64,000 nt of DNA, taken from an uncultured Chloroflexia bacterium. Lineage in GTDB: Bacteria; Chloroflexota; Limnocylindria; Limnocylindrales; CSP1-4. How positions within the stretch are numbered: the first letter of the stretch is position 1; the number at the start of each line of letters is the position of its first letter. The notes under the pieces are model-generated. The model was not told where the DNA came from and did no database searches. It saw only the letters and a program-made list of their open reading frames with translations. Where the stretch lies: positions 67,878 through 131,877 of the forward strand of contig CAVPHB010000002.1 of NCBI GenBank assembly GCA_963704145.1, written 5' to 3'. A program made the position numbers and the translations under genes. Shown here one piece after another: positions 1 through 10,405 of this stretch.

Positions 1-207
1 CACCACGCGCTGCGGCACGGGCGCGGGCGTGTAGAAGGCGTAGAACGTGTCCAGCACGGCCGTCGACGTGCCGCCCATGAACGCCAGCCGGTCGATCAAC
101 AGGGTGTGTGCACCGAGGCGGGCCGCGCTGATCGCCGCCGACGAACCGGCCGAGCCGGCGCCCACGACGATCACGTCGTAGCGGTCGGCGATCCGCGATC
201 CGATCAT
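1..207 (-). CDS. FAD-dependent oxidoreductase, N-terminal part only (gene runs off the window start)
   Basis: Minus-strand translation from ATG at 205-207 reads MIGSRIADRYDVIVVGAGSAGSSAAISAARLGAHTLLIDRLAFMGG, with a GxGxxG dinucleotide-binding motif. ATGA start/stop overlap with the upstream gene. Confidence 0.6.
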   Translation of the reverse strand, partial: MIGSRIADRYDVIVVGAGSAGSSAAISAARLGAHTLLIDRLAFMGGTSTAVLDTFYAFYTPAPVPQRVV

Positions 208-1175
208 TGCCCCGCTCCTGTCGCCTCGCGCAGGCTGTAGGCACGCGCCGGGTTGTCGACCAGGATGCGCCGCGCCGCGCCGACACCGATGCGCCGCTCC
301 AGTCGCGGCGCGAAGCTGGCCAGCAGGTAGCGCAGGCCCGGCCCGCCGCCATGGGCGCGGAAATAGGCGCGCCGGCCAAGGTCAAGGCCGAGCATCAGCT
401 GGTCGCCGTGGCCGGCGTTGCAGACGGTCTCGATCAGCGCGAGCAGGGTGCTGTCGGGTTGGTACTTGATCCGGCCGACGGTGTCGTAGACCAGGTACAC
501 GCCGCGCTCGGCCAGCTCGAGGTGCAGCTCGGGGTCCGGGTTGCGGTCCAGGTGGGCCAGGATGATGGCCTCGGCAGCCACGCCTGCGGCTGTGAGCAGC
601 TCCACGATGTCGTGGGCCGCGGTGCCCACCTCGGTGTGCACGACGATCGGCACGCCGGTGCGCCGGCCGGCCTCGCCGGCAGCCGCCAACCGCCGGCGCT
701 CCGTGGGCGAGACGCGATGGTAGGAGGCGCCGGCCTTGATCACCCCGGCACGCGCCGCGTCGAGCGGCAGGTCCGGATCATGCCAGTCGGCCGGGTGCAT
801 GCCCTGCTCGATGTCGATCACCATGCGCTCGATCAGCTGCGTCTCGCTCGCCTCGCTGACCCAATGACCAGGTGCGTAATGCGCGTCACGGTGGTAGCCG
901 GTCGCGCCGACGATCGCGACCCCGGTCGCGGCGGCCACCCGGCGCAGCAGCTCGGGCTGCCGGCCCAGGCCGATGGGCGTCAGCTCGACGATTGCCGCCA
1001 GGCCAATCGCGTGAGCGTCGCTGACCTCCTCGATCGCCCGGCCCGGATCATCGAGCTCCTCGCCGGCCAGGGCGGGTGAGCGGAGGAAGAGATGTTCGTG
1101 AGCGTCGGTGACGCCCAGATCGCCCCGCTCGATCGGCCCGCTGACGGTCATCACCTTGCTCATCGCGTTGATCAT
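204..1175 (-). CDS. Phosphotriesterase-family (PTE/PHP-like) metal-dependent hydrolase
   Basis: MINAMSKVMTVSGPIERGDLGVTDAHEHLF (HxH motif), later VVHTEVG and ILAHLD. Only the last ~324 codons of the 618-aa track ORF look coding; the rest mirrors the + strand gene at 1221-2099. Confidence 0.75.
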   Translation of the reverse strand: MINAMSKVMTVSGPIERGDLGVTDAHEHLFLRSPALAGEELDDPGRAIEEVSDAHAIGLAAIVELTPIGLGRQPELLRRVAAATGVAIVGATGYHRDAHYAPGHWVSEASETQLIERMVIDIEQGMHPADWHDPDLPLDAARAGVIKAGASYHRVSPTERRRLAAAGEAGRRTGVPIVVHTEVGTAAHDIVELLTAAGVAAEAIILAHLDRNPDPELHLELAERGVYLVYDTVGRIKYQPDSTLLALIETVCNAGHGDQLMLGLDLGRRAYFRAHGGGPGLRYLLASFAPRLERRIGVGAARRILVDNPARAYSLREATGAGQ

Positions 1176-1220
1176 GGCACCCTGCGGGAACCCGCGGCGC
1201 CATGAACCGTCTAACGGCGC

Positions 1221-2099
1221 ATGATCAAGATGGTTGCCCGCCCGAGCCTCGTTCTGCTGGCACTCCTGCTGATCGCCTGTGGCGCCGGCACGGGCTCGAG
1301 CCCGACTCCCGGCGCCTCCGCGACCGCGGGCCCCACCGGCGCGCCCTCCCCGACGCCGACCAGCGTCCCCAACGCCAATGTTGCCGTGGTGCGCATCGAG
1401 CAGACCGGCGGGATGCTGCCGCCCTGGGAGACGATGCGCTGGTACCCCAGCGTCGTGCTCTATGGCGACGGGCGGTTGATCCTGCAGGGGCCCCAGATCG
1501 AGATCTACCCCGGGCCGGCACTGCCCAACCTGCAGGTCACGCACGTGTCGCAGCGCGGCGTGGAGCAGGTCCTGCAGTGGGCGGCCGAAGCCGGCCTGCA
1601 GGGTGAAGACCGGCAGCTGGGCGACCCGATCCTCGATTCCGGGGTCACCCTGTTCACGGTCGTCAGCGCCACCGGCACCCACCACACGTCGGTCACCACG
1701 ATGGCCAGCGCCCGTCCGGAAATCGGTGCCCTGGTGGCGTTCCAGACGTTGATGCTCGACCTGCGCAGCTGGCTGCCCAACGATATTGCCGGTGCCGAGA
1801 CGCCCTACGCGTGGGATCGCCTGCGCATCATCTCGTTCCCGGGCGACCCCAACAACCAGCCCGATCCGAACCTGGTCTCGATCGTGGATTGGCCGCTGGG
1901 CGGCATCTCGACGATCGGCAAGTCGTTCGGCGAGCCGGTCACATATCGCTGCGGGCTGATCGAGGGCGACGACCTGGCCACGCTGCGGCCGCTGCTCGAA
2001 CAGGCCAACGAGCTGACATTGTGGCGCTCGGACGACGTCACCTACCAGCTCTACCTGCATCCGCTGCTGCCTGACGACGAGGCCTGCCCGGGGTTCTGA
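1221..2099 (+). CDS. Hypothetical lipoprotein
   Basis: ATG start. Signal peptide with lipobox (LLALLLIACGAG) followed by a P/T/S-rich linker. No family motif recognised. Confidence 0.6.
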   Translation: MIKMVARPSLVLLALLLIACGAGTGSSPTPGASATAGPTGAPSPTPTSVPNANVAVVRIEQTGGMLPPWETMRWYPSVVLYGDGRLILQGPQIEIYPGPALPNLQVTHVSQRGVEQVLQWAAEAGLQGEDRQLGDPILDSGVTLFTVVSATGTHHTSVTTMASARPEIGALVAFQTLMLDLRSWLPNDIAGAETPYAWDRLRIISFPGDPNNQPDPNLVSIVDWPLGGISTIGKSFGEPVTYRCGLIEGDDLATLRPLLEQANELTLWRSDDVTYQLYLHPLLPDDEACPGF

Positions 2100-2128
2100 G
2101 CCCGGGCCGCGCTCGGGCTGGAGCGTCT

Positions 2129-3082
2129 TCAGTCGGTGATGCTGACCGCCGTGACCGATGCCTCGTTGGGCAGGTACTGGGCCAGGATCTCGCGGTAGGT
2201 GCCGTCCGAGATCATCTGCGCGAGGGTCCTCTCGACCGCATCGAGCAGCGCCGGGTGGTCGAGCGCGACGGCGATGCCCTGGCGCGCCGGCGGCAGGCTG
2301 GCCGGGGAGTAGATGATCTGGTCGGGGTAGTCGAAGACGAAGCTGGGATTGCCAAGGTAGGCGACCACCTCGTCATCGAGCAGCGCCGTGACCGCGTCCA
2401 GCTCGGTCGGAAAGGTGCGCAGGTCGATCGGCAGTTGGCTGGCAGCCGCGCAGGCCTCGTTCAGGCCCTGGCCGGTGTAGTCACCCAGGCCCTGGACCAG
2501 GTCGACGTGCGTCGTCCCGGTCGTGGTCGACACGGCCAGTCCACACAGTGTCTGGAGCGAGTCGATCGTCTCCGGGTTGCCAATCCTGACCAATACGGGC
2601 TGGATCGAGCGGGTGTAGGGCACCAGGCTGACCTGCTCCAGGCGCCCAGTGGTGATGTTCTGTGACGAAACGCTGATGTCGCAGCCGTGGCCGGCGACCA
2701 GGTCGATCAGGTCTTCGAAGAGCGGCCGGTCAATCTCGAGCTCGAGGTCCAGTCGATCGGCGATCTCGAGCGCGAAGGCCACGTTGTAGCCGTCGAGCAG
2801 GCCCTCCTCGGTCAGCCCGGCGGCCGGCGCGCCAACGACCGATACGCACGCAGTCAACTTGCCGGCCGAGGCCAATTCGTCGGCCACGCCCGGCGACGCC
2901 GCGGCGGTTGGCGTTGGCGCGGGTGGCGTCGCGGAGGCGGCCGGCGGAGTGGGCGCCGACGAGGCGCTCACGTCCGGCGTCGCCGGCGGGCTGGCCGTCG
3001 CGACGGCTGGCGGCGGCGGCGGCGCTGAGCTGCACGCGGCCAGAAGCACGGCAATGCTCAGCGCGAAGAGGACCCTGGTCAC
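2129..3082 (-). CDS. Amino-acid ABC transporter substrate-binding lipoprotein (family 3 SBP)
   Basis: Lipobox LLAACSS and a P/A/T linker, then an SBP_bac_3-like body (GYNVAFALEIADRL..., TTGTTHVDL, LDAVTALLDDEVVAY). Start placed at the in-frame GTG (VTRVLFAL); the track ATG at 3184 looks too far upstream. Confidence 0.7.
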   Translation of the reverse strand: MTRVLFALSIAVLLAACSSAPPPPPAVATASPPATPDVSASSAPTPPAASATPPAPTPTAAASPGVADELASAGKLTACVSVVGAPAAGLTEEGLLDGYNVAFALEIADRLDLELEIDRPLFEDLIDLVAGHGCDISVSSQNITTGRLEQVSLVPYTRSIQPVLVRIGNPETIDSLQTLCGLAVSTTTGTTHVDLVQGLGDYTGQGLNEACAAASQLPIDLRTFPTELDAVTALLDDEVVAYLGNPSFVFDYPDQIIYSPASLPPARQGIAVALDHPALLDAVERTLAQMISDGTYREILAQYLPNEASVTAVSITD

Positions 3083-3229
3083 GCCGGGAAGTCTGACAGG
3101 TCGCCAGAGCCACCGGGTCCGGCCCACGGTCGACCATGCCGTCTGGGTCCGTGCGCCCTGCCCTAGGCCCTCCGGCCGGCACAACAGTCTGCCGACGTTC
3201 GATCCGATGGCGCACGCGGAGAGCGGACC

Positions 3230-6200
3230 TCAGACGGCGCGGTCGGATCCATAGCGGCTGGGGCAGATCTGGCGGTACTCGCAGCGGCCGCAGCGCCACT
3301 GGTCGGGCGCGGCGGCGAAATCGCCTGAGCGGATGCGACGCGCCTTCTGGAGCACCGACAGGCGAAACTCAGCGAGCTGTTCGGGGGTGCGCGTGGTGCT
3401 CAGGGCGAGGTCGTTCTCGGTGAAGTAGAGGGTCAGCTTCGACGCCGTGGGCAGGGGCTGCTTGGTGGCCGGGTCGATGACGGCGCCCAGCGCCGTGGCC
3501 AGGGCGTAGGCGGACAGTTGCTCGTCCGGTCGACGTCGGCCTGGTTCTTGGAGCGGCCGGTCTTGTAGTCGATGATCTCGATCGTGCCGTCGGCGTGGCG
3601 GTCGATGCGGTCGATGACGCCGTACAGCAGCACCGGCGTCTCGTCCGGCTCCCCGGGCAGCTGGAGCATGAAGCTCTGCTCGAAGGCGACCGACTGAGCC
3701 AGCGTGGCAAGCTCGCGGTCATAGAAGCGTCGCAGCGCCGGCTCGGCGCGTTTGGCGTAGTGCTCGGCCGCCTGAGCGTCGGCAAAGTGACGCGGCTGCC
3801 AGGCCGCGTCGAAGGCCTGCTTGAGCGCGTCGTAGCCGGGCAGCGGCAGCCCCGCGGCAGCGGCCGTCGCGCCGGGACCGGGCGTAGACCTCGAAGGCGC
3901 TGTGGATGACGTGACCGAACTCGAAGTAGCCCGGCGTCTCCGCTGTGGGGATGCGGTAGACCTTCTGAAACGCGTACTGGAGCGGGCACTCGTTGTACGT
4001 CCCCAGCTGCGAGTGCGAGAACGTCTGGGGCAGGCCCGTCATCTCGAGCAGCGTCCGGCCCGCCGGGGAGTGACGCGCCAGGACGTTGAGCGTCAGCGGA
4101 TCGAGACCGTTGCGACGCGCCTCCGCGGCCGTGCCCGCGACCGCCTCGGCTACTCCGACCAGCTCGGCCGTGAGCGCCGCCCGGCCGGCGTGATCATCGG
4201 CCGCCAGCCCCTCGAGCATGCCCATGATCTCGATCGCCCGGCGGCGCAGCGCGAAGCGCTGCTCGTGCGCCAGCGGCACGGGCATCAACTTGAGCAGCTG
4301 GACGGTCGTCTCGGGCGTGATCTGGGCCACCGACGGGGCGCCCACTTCGCCGTCCGCCTGCGGGGTCGCGGCACGCCGCTCGATGACGACGTCGGCCGGC
4401 ACGACGCGCACGTAGTCGTCCGACGAGACGCGGCGGACCGTCCTCGCTGCTGCGCTCGATCTCGGCCACGAACCGGCTGGGCTGGATCTTGGAGTCGGAC
4501 GGCTGCAGGCGCGCTCAGCAGCAGCCGGCTCCTGGCCCGGGTCATCGCCACGAACAGCAGGCGACGCTCCTCGTCGATGGCGAAGTCGTCCGGCGGGCGC
4601 TGCTTGAGCAGCTCGATCGGCAGCAGCTGCTGCTCGTCGCGTGTGTCGGGGAACTGGCCCTCGACGAGGCGCGGCACGACGACCGCCTCGTATTCGAGGC
4701 CCTTGGCCTGGTAGACGGTCATCAGCTGCACTCCCTCGACGTCGAGGCGGCCCGACTGATCCGTGTCAAGGTCACCGCCGACCTGCTGGTAGATGTCCAG
4801 ATAGGCCACGAACTGGGCCAGGCTGTCGCGCGGATGGGCCTGCTGCCAGTCGGCCACGAAACGCATGAAGCGGGCCAGAGCAAGCACGGTGCGCTGGGCG
4901 TCGGGCGTCTCGACCGCGATCAGGTCGTGCAGCAGGTTGGTGCGCACGAGGAAGTCCTCGAGCACCGCGAACGGCCCGTCGCGCTGCCCGCGCGGCACGA
5001 GCTCGTTGAGCAGGCCGAGCAGCCGCTCGAGCTTGACCCGCAGCCGCGCGTCGAGCTGCTCGCGCCGCCACTGCGACGCGCTGCTCGCGGCTGCGCCGCT
5101 GGCGAACGGTGTCGGGCTCACGCTCATCGAAGTCCGCGTCGTCCCACAGCGTCGGCGCGGGAACGGTCGCAGCGGCAGGACCGACGGTCAGCGTCGCTGG
5201 CAGTCGGCGGCTCGGACACGGTGATCTCGCCTTCGCGCAGGATGTCGCTCGCGGCCTGGTAGATGGGCCGGCCGTCCCACGCCGCGGCGTTGGTCACGCG
5301 CAGGATCTCGGCCGCATCGAGCCGCCACGGGCCAGCCGACAGCAGGCGCACGAAGGCGGCCGAGTCGTCCGGGTTGGCGGCCACGCGCAGGGCGGATTCG
5401 ACGTCGCGCACCTCGGGCACCGCAAACAGGCCCGTGCCACCAATGACGATGTAGGGCATGTCCTGCTTGCGCAGCCGGTCGACGATCAGGTCGCGGTGGC
5501 GGTGCTTGCGATAGAGCACCGCGATGTCGCTCCAGCAGCCGCGGGGCGGGGAGTGCCGCGAACGTCTCCTGGATCCAGGCGACGATCACGTCCGCCTCGT
5601 CCTGCTCGTCCGTGGCGTGGACGACGCGGACAGGCTCGCCAGCTGGTTTGATGGGCTGGAGCGGGCCGCTCTTGAGCCGCTTCTGGTTGCGCGCGATGAG
5701 CCGGCTGGCGGCCGACAGGATGTGGCCGGTCGAGCGGCGGTTCTCGAGCAAGGGCTGGCTGGCCACCGGCACTGCGGGCCGGTCGGCGGCCCACACCGGC
5801 GCCATCTCGAAGCGTTCGCGGAAGCGCTCAAAGGCGGCGTAGCTGGCGCCCCGGAAGCGGTAGATCGACTGGTCGTCGTCACCGACCACGACGACGTTGT
5901 CGGGCTTGTCCGGGCCGCGGCCGACCAGCTCGAGCAGCAGGATCTGGGCCATGTTGGCGTCCTGGAACTCGTCCACCAGCACGTGCCGGAACTGGGCCTG
6001 GTAGCGGCGCACGATGTTCGGACGCTCTGTCAGCAGCTGGATCGTCAAGCAGCTGCTGCTCGCCGAAATCGAGCAGCCCTCGCTCGCGCAGCGCGCGCTG
6101 GTAGATCTGCGTACGCCTCTGCCTCCTCGATCAGGCGCAGCACGTCGAACGCCTCTGCATCGCGCAGGTAGTCCGGCGTCAGGCCGCGCGCGCGGCGCGC

Positions 6201-6977
6201 CTGCTCCTCGGTCAGTTTGTTCCACCACAGCGCCTCGCCGGTGCCCGACACGTCGCGCCGCGCCTCGCGGTTGGCGATCTTGGTCGCCGCATCCCGACCA
6301 CCCTTGGCCAGCTCACGGCGCACGACCTGGACCTGCCACAGCGAGCCGAGCCCATCGCGCTCGCGCAGGGTGCCGAGCACCTTCTCGAACTCGCCGCTGC
6401 CGTAGGTCAGCTCGAACGCCTCGCGCCGCGCGTTGGCAAAGGCGAGGTACTCGTCCGGCGTGACCAGCTCATCCTTGGCCCGGCCGATGACGTCGGCGAA
6501 GCGGCCCGCGGCATTGGGGTCGCGCGCCAAACCGTGATAAATGAAGTCGGCAAACTGCGGCCGGAGCTCGCGCAGCAGCAGCCGCTGGCCGACGCCATCG
6601 AGGACGTCCGCGTTGTCCGCCAGGCCGAGATCGGCGTGATGGTCCGAGAGCACGCGGTGGCCGAACGAGTGGAAGTTGTGCACCCACAGCCGGCTGGCAG
6701 TTTCGAGCCCGAGCAGCTGCTCGAGCCGCTCAATCAGCTCCGCCGCCGCCCTGACGTTGTAGGTCAGCACGAGGATGTTCTCCGGCGCCAGGGCCGGGTT
6801 CGCCGCGAGCAGGTGACGGACACGCTCGACCACGACCGTCGTCTTGCCTGTGCCCGCGCCGGCGAGGACCATCAGCGGACCGTCGCCCCACTCGACGGCG
6901 GCGCGTTGCTCAGGCGTCAGCTGGATGGGGCCAGCGGCGATCGTACGTTCGGGAAGAGAGACTGCCATCACCGCCAA
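3230..6977 (-). pseudogene. UvrD/AddA-like superfamily 1 helicase fused to a C-terminal PD-(D/E)XK (RecB/Cas4-like, 4-Cys) nuclease; frame broken at least 5-6 times
   Basis: The same protein continues across track ORFs 6045-6977 (AGAGTGKT Walker A), 5188-6228 (VLVDEFQDAN, VVGDDDQSIYRFRGA), 5124-5519, 4285-5127 (VYQAKGLEYE, LLFVAMTRAR), 3719-4411 (CPLQYAF), 3433-3669 (IDRID...IEIIDYKTG). The tail reads WRCGRCEYRQIC and ends at TGA 3230. Confidence 0.75.
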
Positions 6978-7056
6978 GGCTACGACCTCGGCGTGACAGC
7001 TTGCCCGTCACGAGCTCAGCGCGTTATCTGCCCGCGCTGCGCGACGCTGTTCGAGC

Positions 7057-7866
7057 CTACGCGTGGAACCGCTCGGTGTGCACGTCCTCGGCGCGGAAAC
7101 CGGCACGCCGCAAAATGGCCGAGCAGGCCTCGATCATGTCCGAGTTGCCGCACAGGTAGGCCACTCCCGCGCGGGCCGAGGCGTCCTCGTGGAGCAGCCG
7201 GTCGAGCTGGTAATCGGCGCGGCCGGTCAGGCCGGACCAGGTCGAGTTGCGCTCGTCGGTCGGGCGCGACACGGTGGGCCGGTAGTCGATCGGCACGCCG
7301 GCCTCGATCCAGCCGCGGATGCGCTCACCAAAGGCCAGCTCGGAGTGGTAGGAGACGCCGTGGATCAGCGTGTTTGGCGTTCGATCGGCGCGGGCGGCGG
7401 AGTCGTCGAGCATTGCCAGCAGCGGCGCCAGGCCGGTGCCCGTGCCGACCAGCAGCCGCGGCCGGGCATCGAGCGGGTCAAGGAAGAAGAGCCCCTTCAG
7501 CGGCCCCACCCGCACTCGCGCGCCGAGTGGCAGCGACCAGAGCAGGTTCGAGAAACGGCCGTCGGGCAGGCGGCGGATGAACAGCTCGAGGCGCGTCCCG
7601 GTCGGGTCGAGCGACACGAGCGAGTACGGCCGCTGGACGAGCTCGCCGTCGCGGACCGCACCGAGCGAGGCGTACTGGCCGGGCCGGAACACGCCGAGCG
7701 GGTGGTCGAGCACGACGCTGAACGTGCCCAGCGTCCCGGTCACGTCCTCGCGCGCGGTGAGCGTCGCGTTCGGCGCGAGCGCGGCGCCCGACAGAGCCTC
7801 GGACCGCGGCGGCAGCGATCGCCGGGGCAGCGATCGCCCCGGGAGCGGCCGGCTGTAGACGGTCAT
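7057..7866 (-). CDS. Ferredoxin-NADP reductase-like FAD/NAD(P)-binding oxidoreductase
   Basis: RPYSLVS (FAD-binding RxYS motif), LLVGTGTGLAPLLAM (NAD(P)-binding), C-terminal YLCGNSDMIEA. ATG at 7866 (MTVYSRPL) sits 2 nt after the ferredoxin stop. Confidence 0.75.
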   Translation of the reverse strand: MTVYSRPLPGRSLPRRSLPPRSEALSGAALAPNATLTAREDVTGTLGTFSVVLDHPLGVFRPGQYASLGAVRDGELVQRPYSLVSLDPTGTRLELFIRRLPDGRFSNLLWSLPLGARVRVGPLKGLFFLDPLDARPRLLVGTGTGLAPLLAMLDDSAARADRTPNTLIHGVSYHSELAFGERIRGWIEAGVPIDYRPTVSRPTDERNSTWSGLTGRADYQLDRLLHEDASARAGVAYLCGNSDMIEACSAILRRAGFRAEDVHTERFHA

Positions 7867-7867
7867 G

Positions 7868-8167
7868 TCAGGCCGCCGCCGCCTCGGCCAGTACCTCGGC
7901 GAGCACGTTGCGCGCCACGTCCGGGTCGCGGAACCAGGCCGCATCGATCCAGGCGTAGTCGGCCCACGCCGCGGGCAGCTGGGCGAGCGGGTAGATCGCG
8001 TCGTTGGGGCAGGCGCTCAGGCAGCTGCCGCACTCGATGCAGCCGTCGGGGTCGATGTAGAACTTGCGGTCGACGCCTTCCAGGGCACTGATGCAGTCGA
8101 CCGGGCAGACCGCCACGCACGACTGATCCGTGTGGTCGACGCACGGTTGGGCGATGACGTAGGTCAT
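7868..8167 (-). CDS. Ferredoxin (4Fe-4S/3Fe-4S, FdxA-like)
   Basis: MTYVIAQPCVDHTDQSCVAVCPVDCI...CIECGSCLSACP shows classic Cys clusters. Only the last 99 codons of the track ORF are used. Confidence 0.8.
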   Translation of the reverse strand: MTYVIAQPCVDHTDQSCVAVCPVDCISALEGVDRKFYIDPDGCIECGSCLSACPNDAIYPLAQLPAAWADYAWIDAAWFRDPDVARNVLAEVLAEAAAA

Positions 8168-8871
8168 GCTGGTTCCCTCCTGTGGGCTGCGGAACGTGCA
8201 GCTGATTGGGCGATGCCGAGCGTGATGCGGTAGCCGAGCAGGAAGACGACGGCGGCCGATGCGCTGGCGTAGGTCCAGAACGCCCACGCCGCAGGGGTAT
8301 CGGTGCCCGCCATCAGTCCGTGCGCGGTGGCGCCGGCGAAGGCGAGCAGGGTCGTGTAGTGCAGCAGCCGCCAGGTGCGCTGACCGAGCCGCCGGCGCAG
8401 ATAGAAGCTGACGTAGACGACGACCATCAGGTAGAAGCCCAGCTGGCCGATGCCGACCCACTCGGGCCGGTACGGGCCGCTGAAGGGCACGGCGAGTTGC
8501 ACCACGCTCGTCGGAACGTACGTGTCGAGCGCGAGCAGCGCCCCATGCAGGGCGGTCAGCCCGATGGCGATCGCGCTCAGGTCCTGGTGCAGCGTGAACG
8601 ACACGGCACGGTGGGCGATGGCATCGAGGACGCCGGTCGACAGCAGCAGCCCGTAGATGACCGACACGGCCAGCGCTCCGTAGGCCAGGAAGCCGAGCAG
8701 GCGGCTCGAGTACCAGGGCAGGCTGTCCTGGTGCGCGGCGAGCCAGTCGGCGGCGGCGGCGACCGCGCTCGGACCGGTGGCCACGAGCACGCCGCCGATC
8801 GCGAGCAGGAAGAGCGACCAGCGCAGACGCCTAGTCTGCGGGGTCAGCCCGCTGTACTTCACGCCAGCCAT
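8164..8871 (-). CDS. Ferric-reductase-like (MsrQ/YedZ-type) di-haem transmembrane protein
   Basis: About six hydrophobic helices with paired His residues (AIAHRAVSFTLHQD, LTALHGAL, LLHYTT...ATAHGL). Start at MAGVKYSG (8871) overlaps the ApbE gene end. Confidence 0.65.
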   Translation of the reverse strand: MAGVKYSGLTPQTRRLRWSLFLLAIGGVLVATGPSAVAAAADWLAAHQDSLPWYSSRLLGFLAYGALAVSVIYGLLLSTGVLDAIAHRAVSFTLHQDLSAIAIGLTALHGALLALDTYVPTSVVQLAVPFSGPYRPEWVGIGQLGFYLMVVVYVSFYLRRRLGQRTWRLLHYTTLLAFAGATAHGLMAGTDTPAAWAFWTYASASAAVVFLLGYRITLGIAQSAARSAAHRREPA

Positions 8872-9807
8872 GCTTCGATCCCGGGCAAACAGACGATCTC
8901 GCCCGATTCGAGCAGCAGGATCGCCGCCTGCGCCGCCGAATGGCTGAGGAAGCCGAGCGCCTGCTGCGAGCCGAGGATGACGGCCGACTTGGCAATCATC
9001 TCCGCCTCGCGCGCGCTCTGCGCGACCACGGTCGCCTGGATGACGTCGGTCAGCGCCGGGCGGCGCGTACGGCGATCGATCAGGTGGTGCGTCTGGTGCC
9101 CATCGGCGAGCTGCCAGCGATGCACGCTGGTGCCCGACGTGGCCACGCCATAGGAGCGACTCCAGGCGTTGCCGCCGTGCAGGCGCAGGGTGGCCAGCGG
9201 CGGAGGCTCCTCGGCACCGGCTTCGGCGCGCGGATCGGCGACCGCGACGAGCCACTCGACGTCCGCATCGGCATGCAGCGAGATGTCGCCATCGGCATCG
9301 ACCGCGACGCCCGGCCAGCCCGCGAGCAGGTCAGCCGCGCGGTCGGCGATCCAGCCCTTGGCCAGACCGTCGAGATCGAAACGGACGCCGGGCCGGCGCT
9401 CGACAACGGCCGAGCGCCCAGCTGAGCCCACCCGCCAGGCATGGTCGCCGGTGGGCACGTCCAGGTCGCCAGACTCCGCCGCGAGGCGAGCGTCGAGGAG
9501 GGTTGCGTCGACCACGCCGTCCGAGCGTTGCTGGGCCAGCACGGCCCAGCGCAACGCGGCGGCAAGCGTTGGTCCAACGCCGACGCGCGTCTCGGCGGCG
9601 GAGTTGAGGCGGGAGAGGTCGGAATTGTCATTGAAGCGGGTCAGGCGGCCGGCCCATGCCTCGACCCGTTGGGCCGCGCGCCGCGCGGCATCGGCCGCGG
9701 CGGCGCGCCGGTCAGCGTGGGCGTGGATGACTATCTCCAACTGCCCGCCCATGGATGGCGCCGACCAGGTCACCAGCTCATAGGGAGCGGTGCCTTGCGC
9801 GTTCACG
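8859..9807 (-). CDS. apbE: FAD:protein FMN transferase (ApbE family)
   Basis: RLTRFNDNSDLSRLN, DLDGLAKGWIADRAA and VATSGTSVHRW...HHLIDRRTRRP match ApbE signatures. GTG start at 9807 gives a GTGA overlap with the upstream ORF stop. Confidence 0.8.
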
Positions 9808-10405
9808 GCTTCTTGCCCGACTGGCGTGTCTTGACCGGCGTGGGCGCCGGCGCCGGCGGCCGGGTGGCCCGTGGCGCGGGCGGCTGTGGTGCGGACGTTC
9901 GCGGCGCGGGCTGGTTGCCCGTGGTGCTGCGCGGCGGTTGGGGCTGCGTGCGGGTGACCACCACGCGTGGAGCAGGCGCGTCGGGCTGGATGACCGTGGC
10001 GCCAGGGGGAGCGGTCTGGCCGGGCTTGAGGTGGACGTAGCGGATGACGTGGCGCACCCGGACGTCGGCCTGCTGGCGGGCCGGCCACGCGTCGCGCTGG
10101 CTGCTGCCCGGTGGCGCGGCCGTCGGGTCGAGCCAGGCCACATCGGTGGCGGATTCGGCCGGCTGATCGGCGGAGGCGGCGAAGTCAGGCTGCACGAGTC
10201 CAACGGCCATGACACTCATCGCCGCCACCGCCCCCGCCCCGTAGACGACGCGCATCGGGCGCGCATCGGGTTTGGCCGGGCGAGGCCTGGGTCCGCTGTC
10301 GCCGGGGCTCCGGGCCGGCGAGGCCTTGGCGGTGGCGGGCCGCGGCGGGGGCTCGCGCTTGGCCGACGGATCGGGCCTGGGCGGGAGGGGCGGGAGTGCC
10401 GGCAT
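9803..10405 (-). CDS. Hypothetical proline-rich single-pass membrane protein
   Basis: The ATG at 10405 overlaps the upstream stop (ATGA). One hydrophobic segment (GAGAVAAMSVMAVGLV), otherwise P/A/R-rich. Contains a PPGATV motif. Coding status rests on translational coupling only. Confidence 0.45.
   Translation of the reverse strand: MPALPPLPPRPDPSAKREPPPRPATAKASPARSPGDSGPRPRPAKPDARPMRVVYGAGAVAAMSVMAVGLVQPDFAASADQPAESATDVAWLDPTAAPPGSSQRDAWPARQQADVRVRHVIRYVHLKPGQTAPPGATVIQPDAPAPRVVVTRTQPQPPRSTTGNQPAPRTSAPQPPAPRATRPPAPAPTPVKTRQSGKKP

Noticed and set aside
204-2060. 618-aa track ORF suggesting a much longer phosphotriesterase-family protein. The same applies to 8164-9255, 8859-10088, 7868-8461, 60636-62588 and 21628-23049.
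   Set aside because: Family-like sequence begins only at internal starts that have RBS or overlap-coupling. The upstream extensions are Arg/Pro/Gly-rich and overlap the neighbouring gene.
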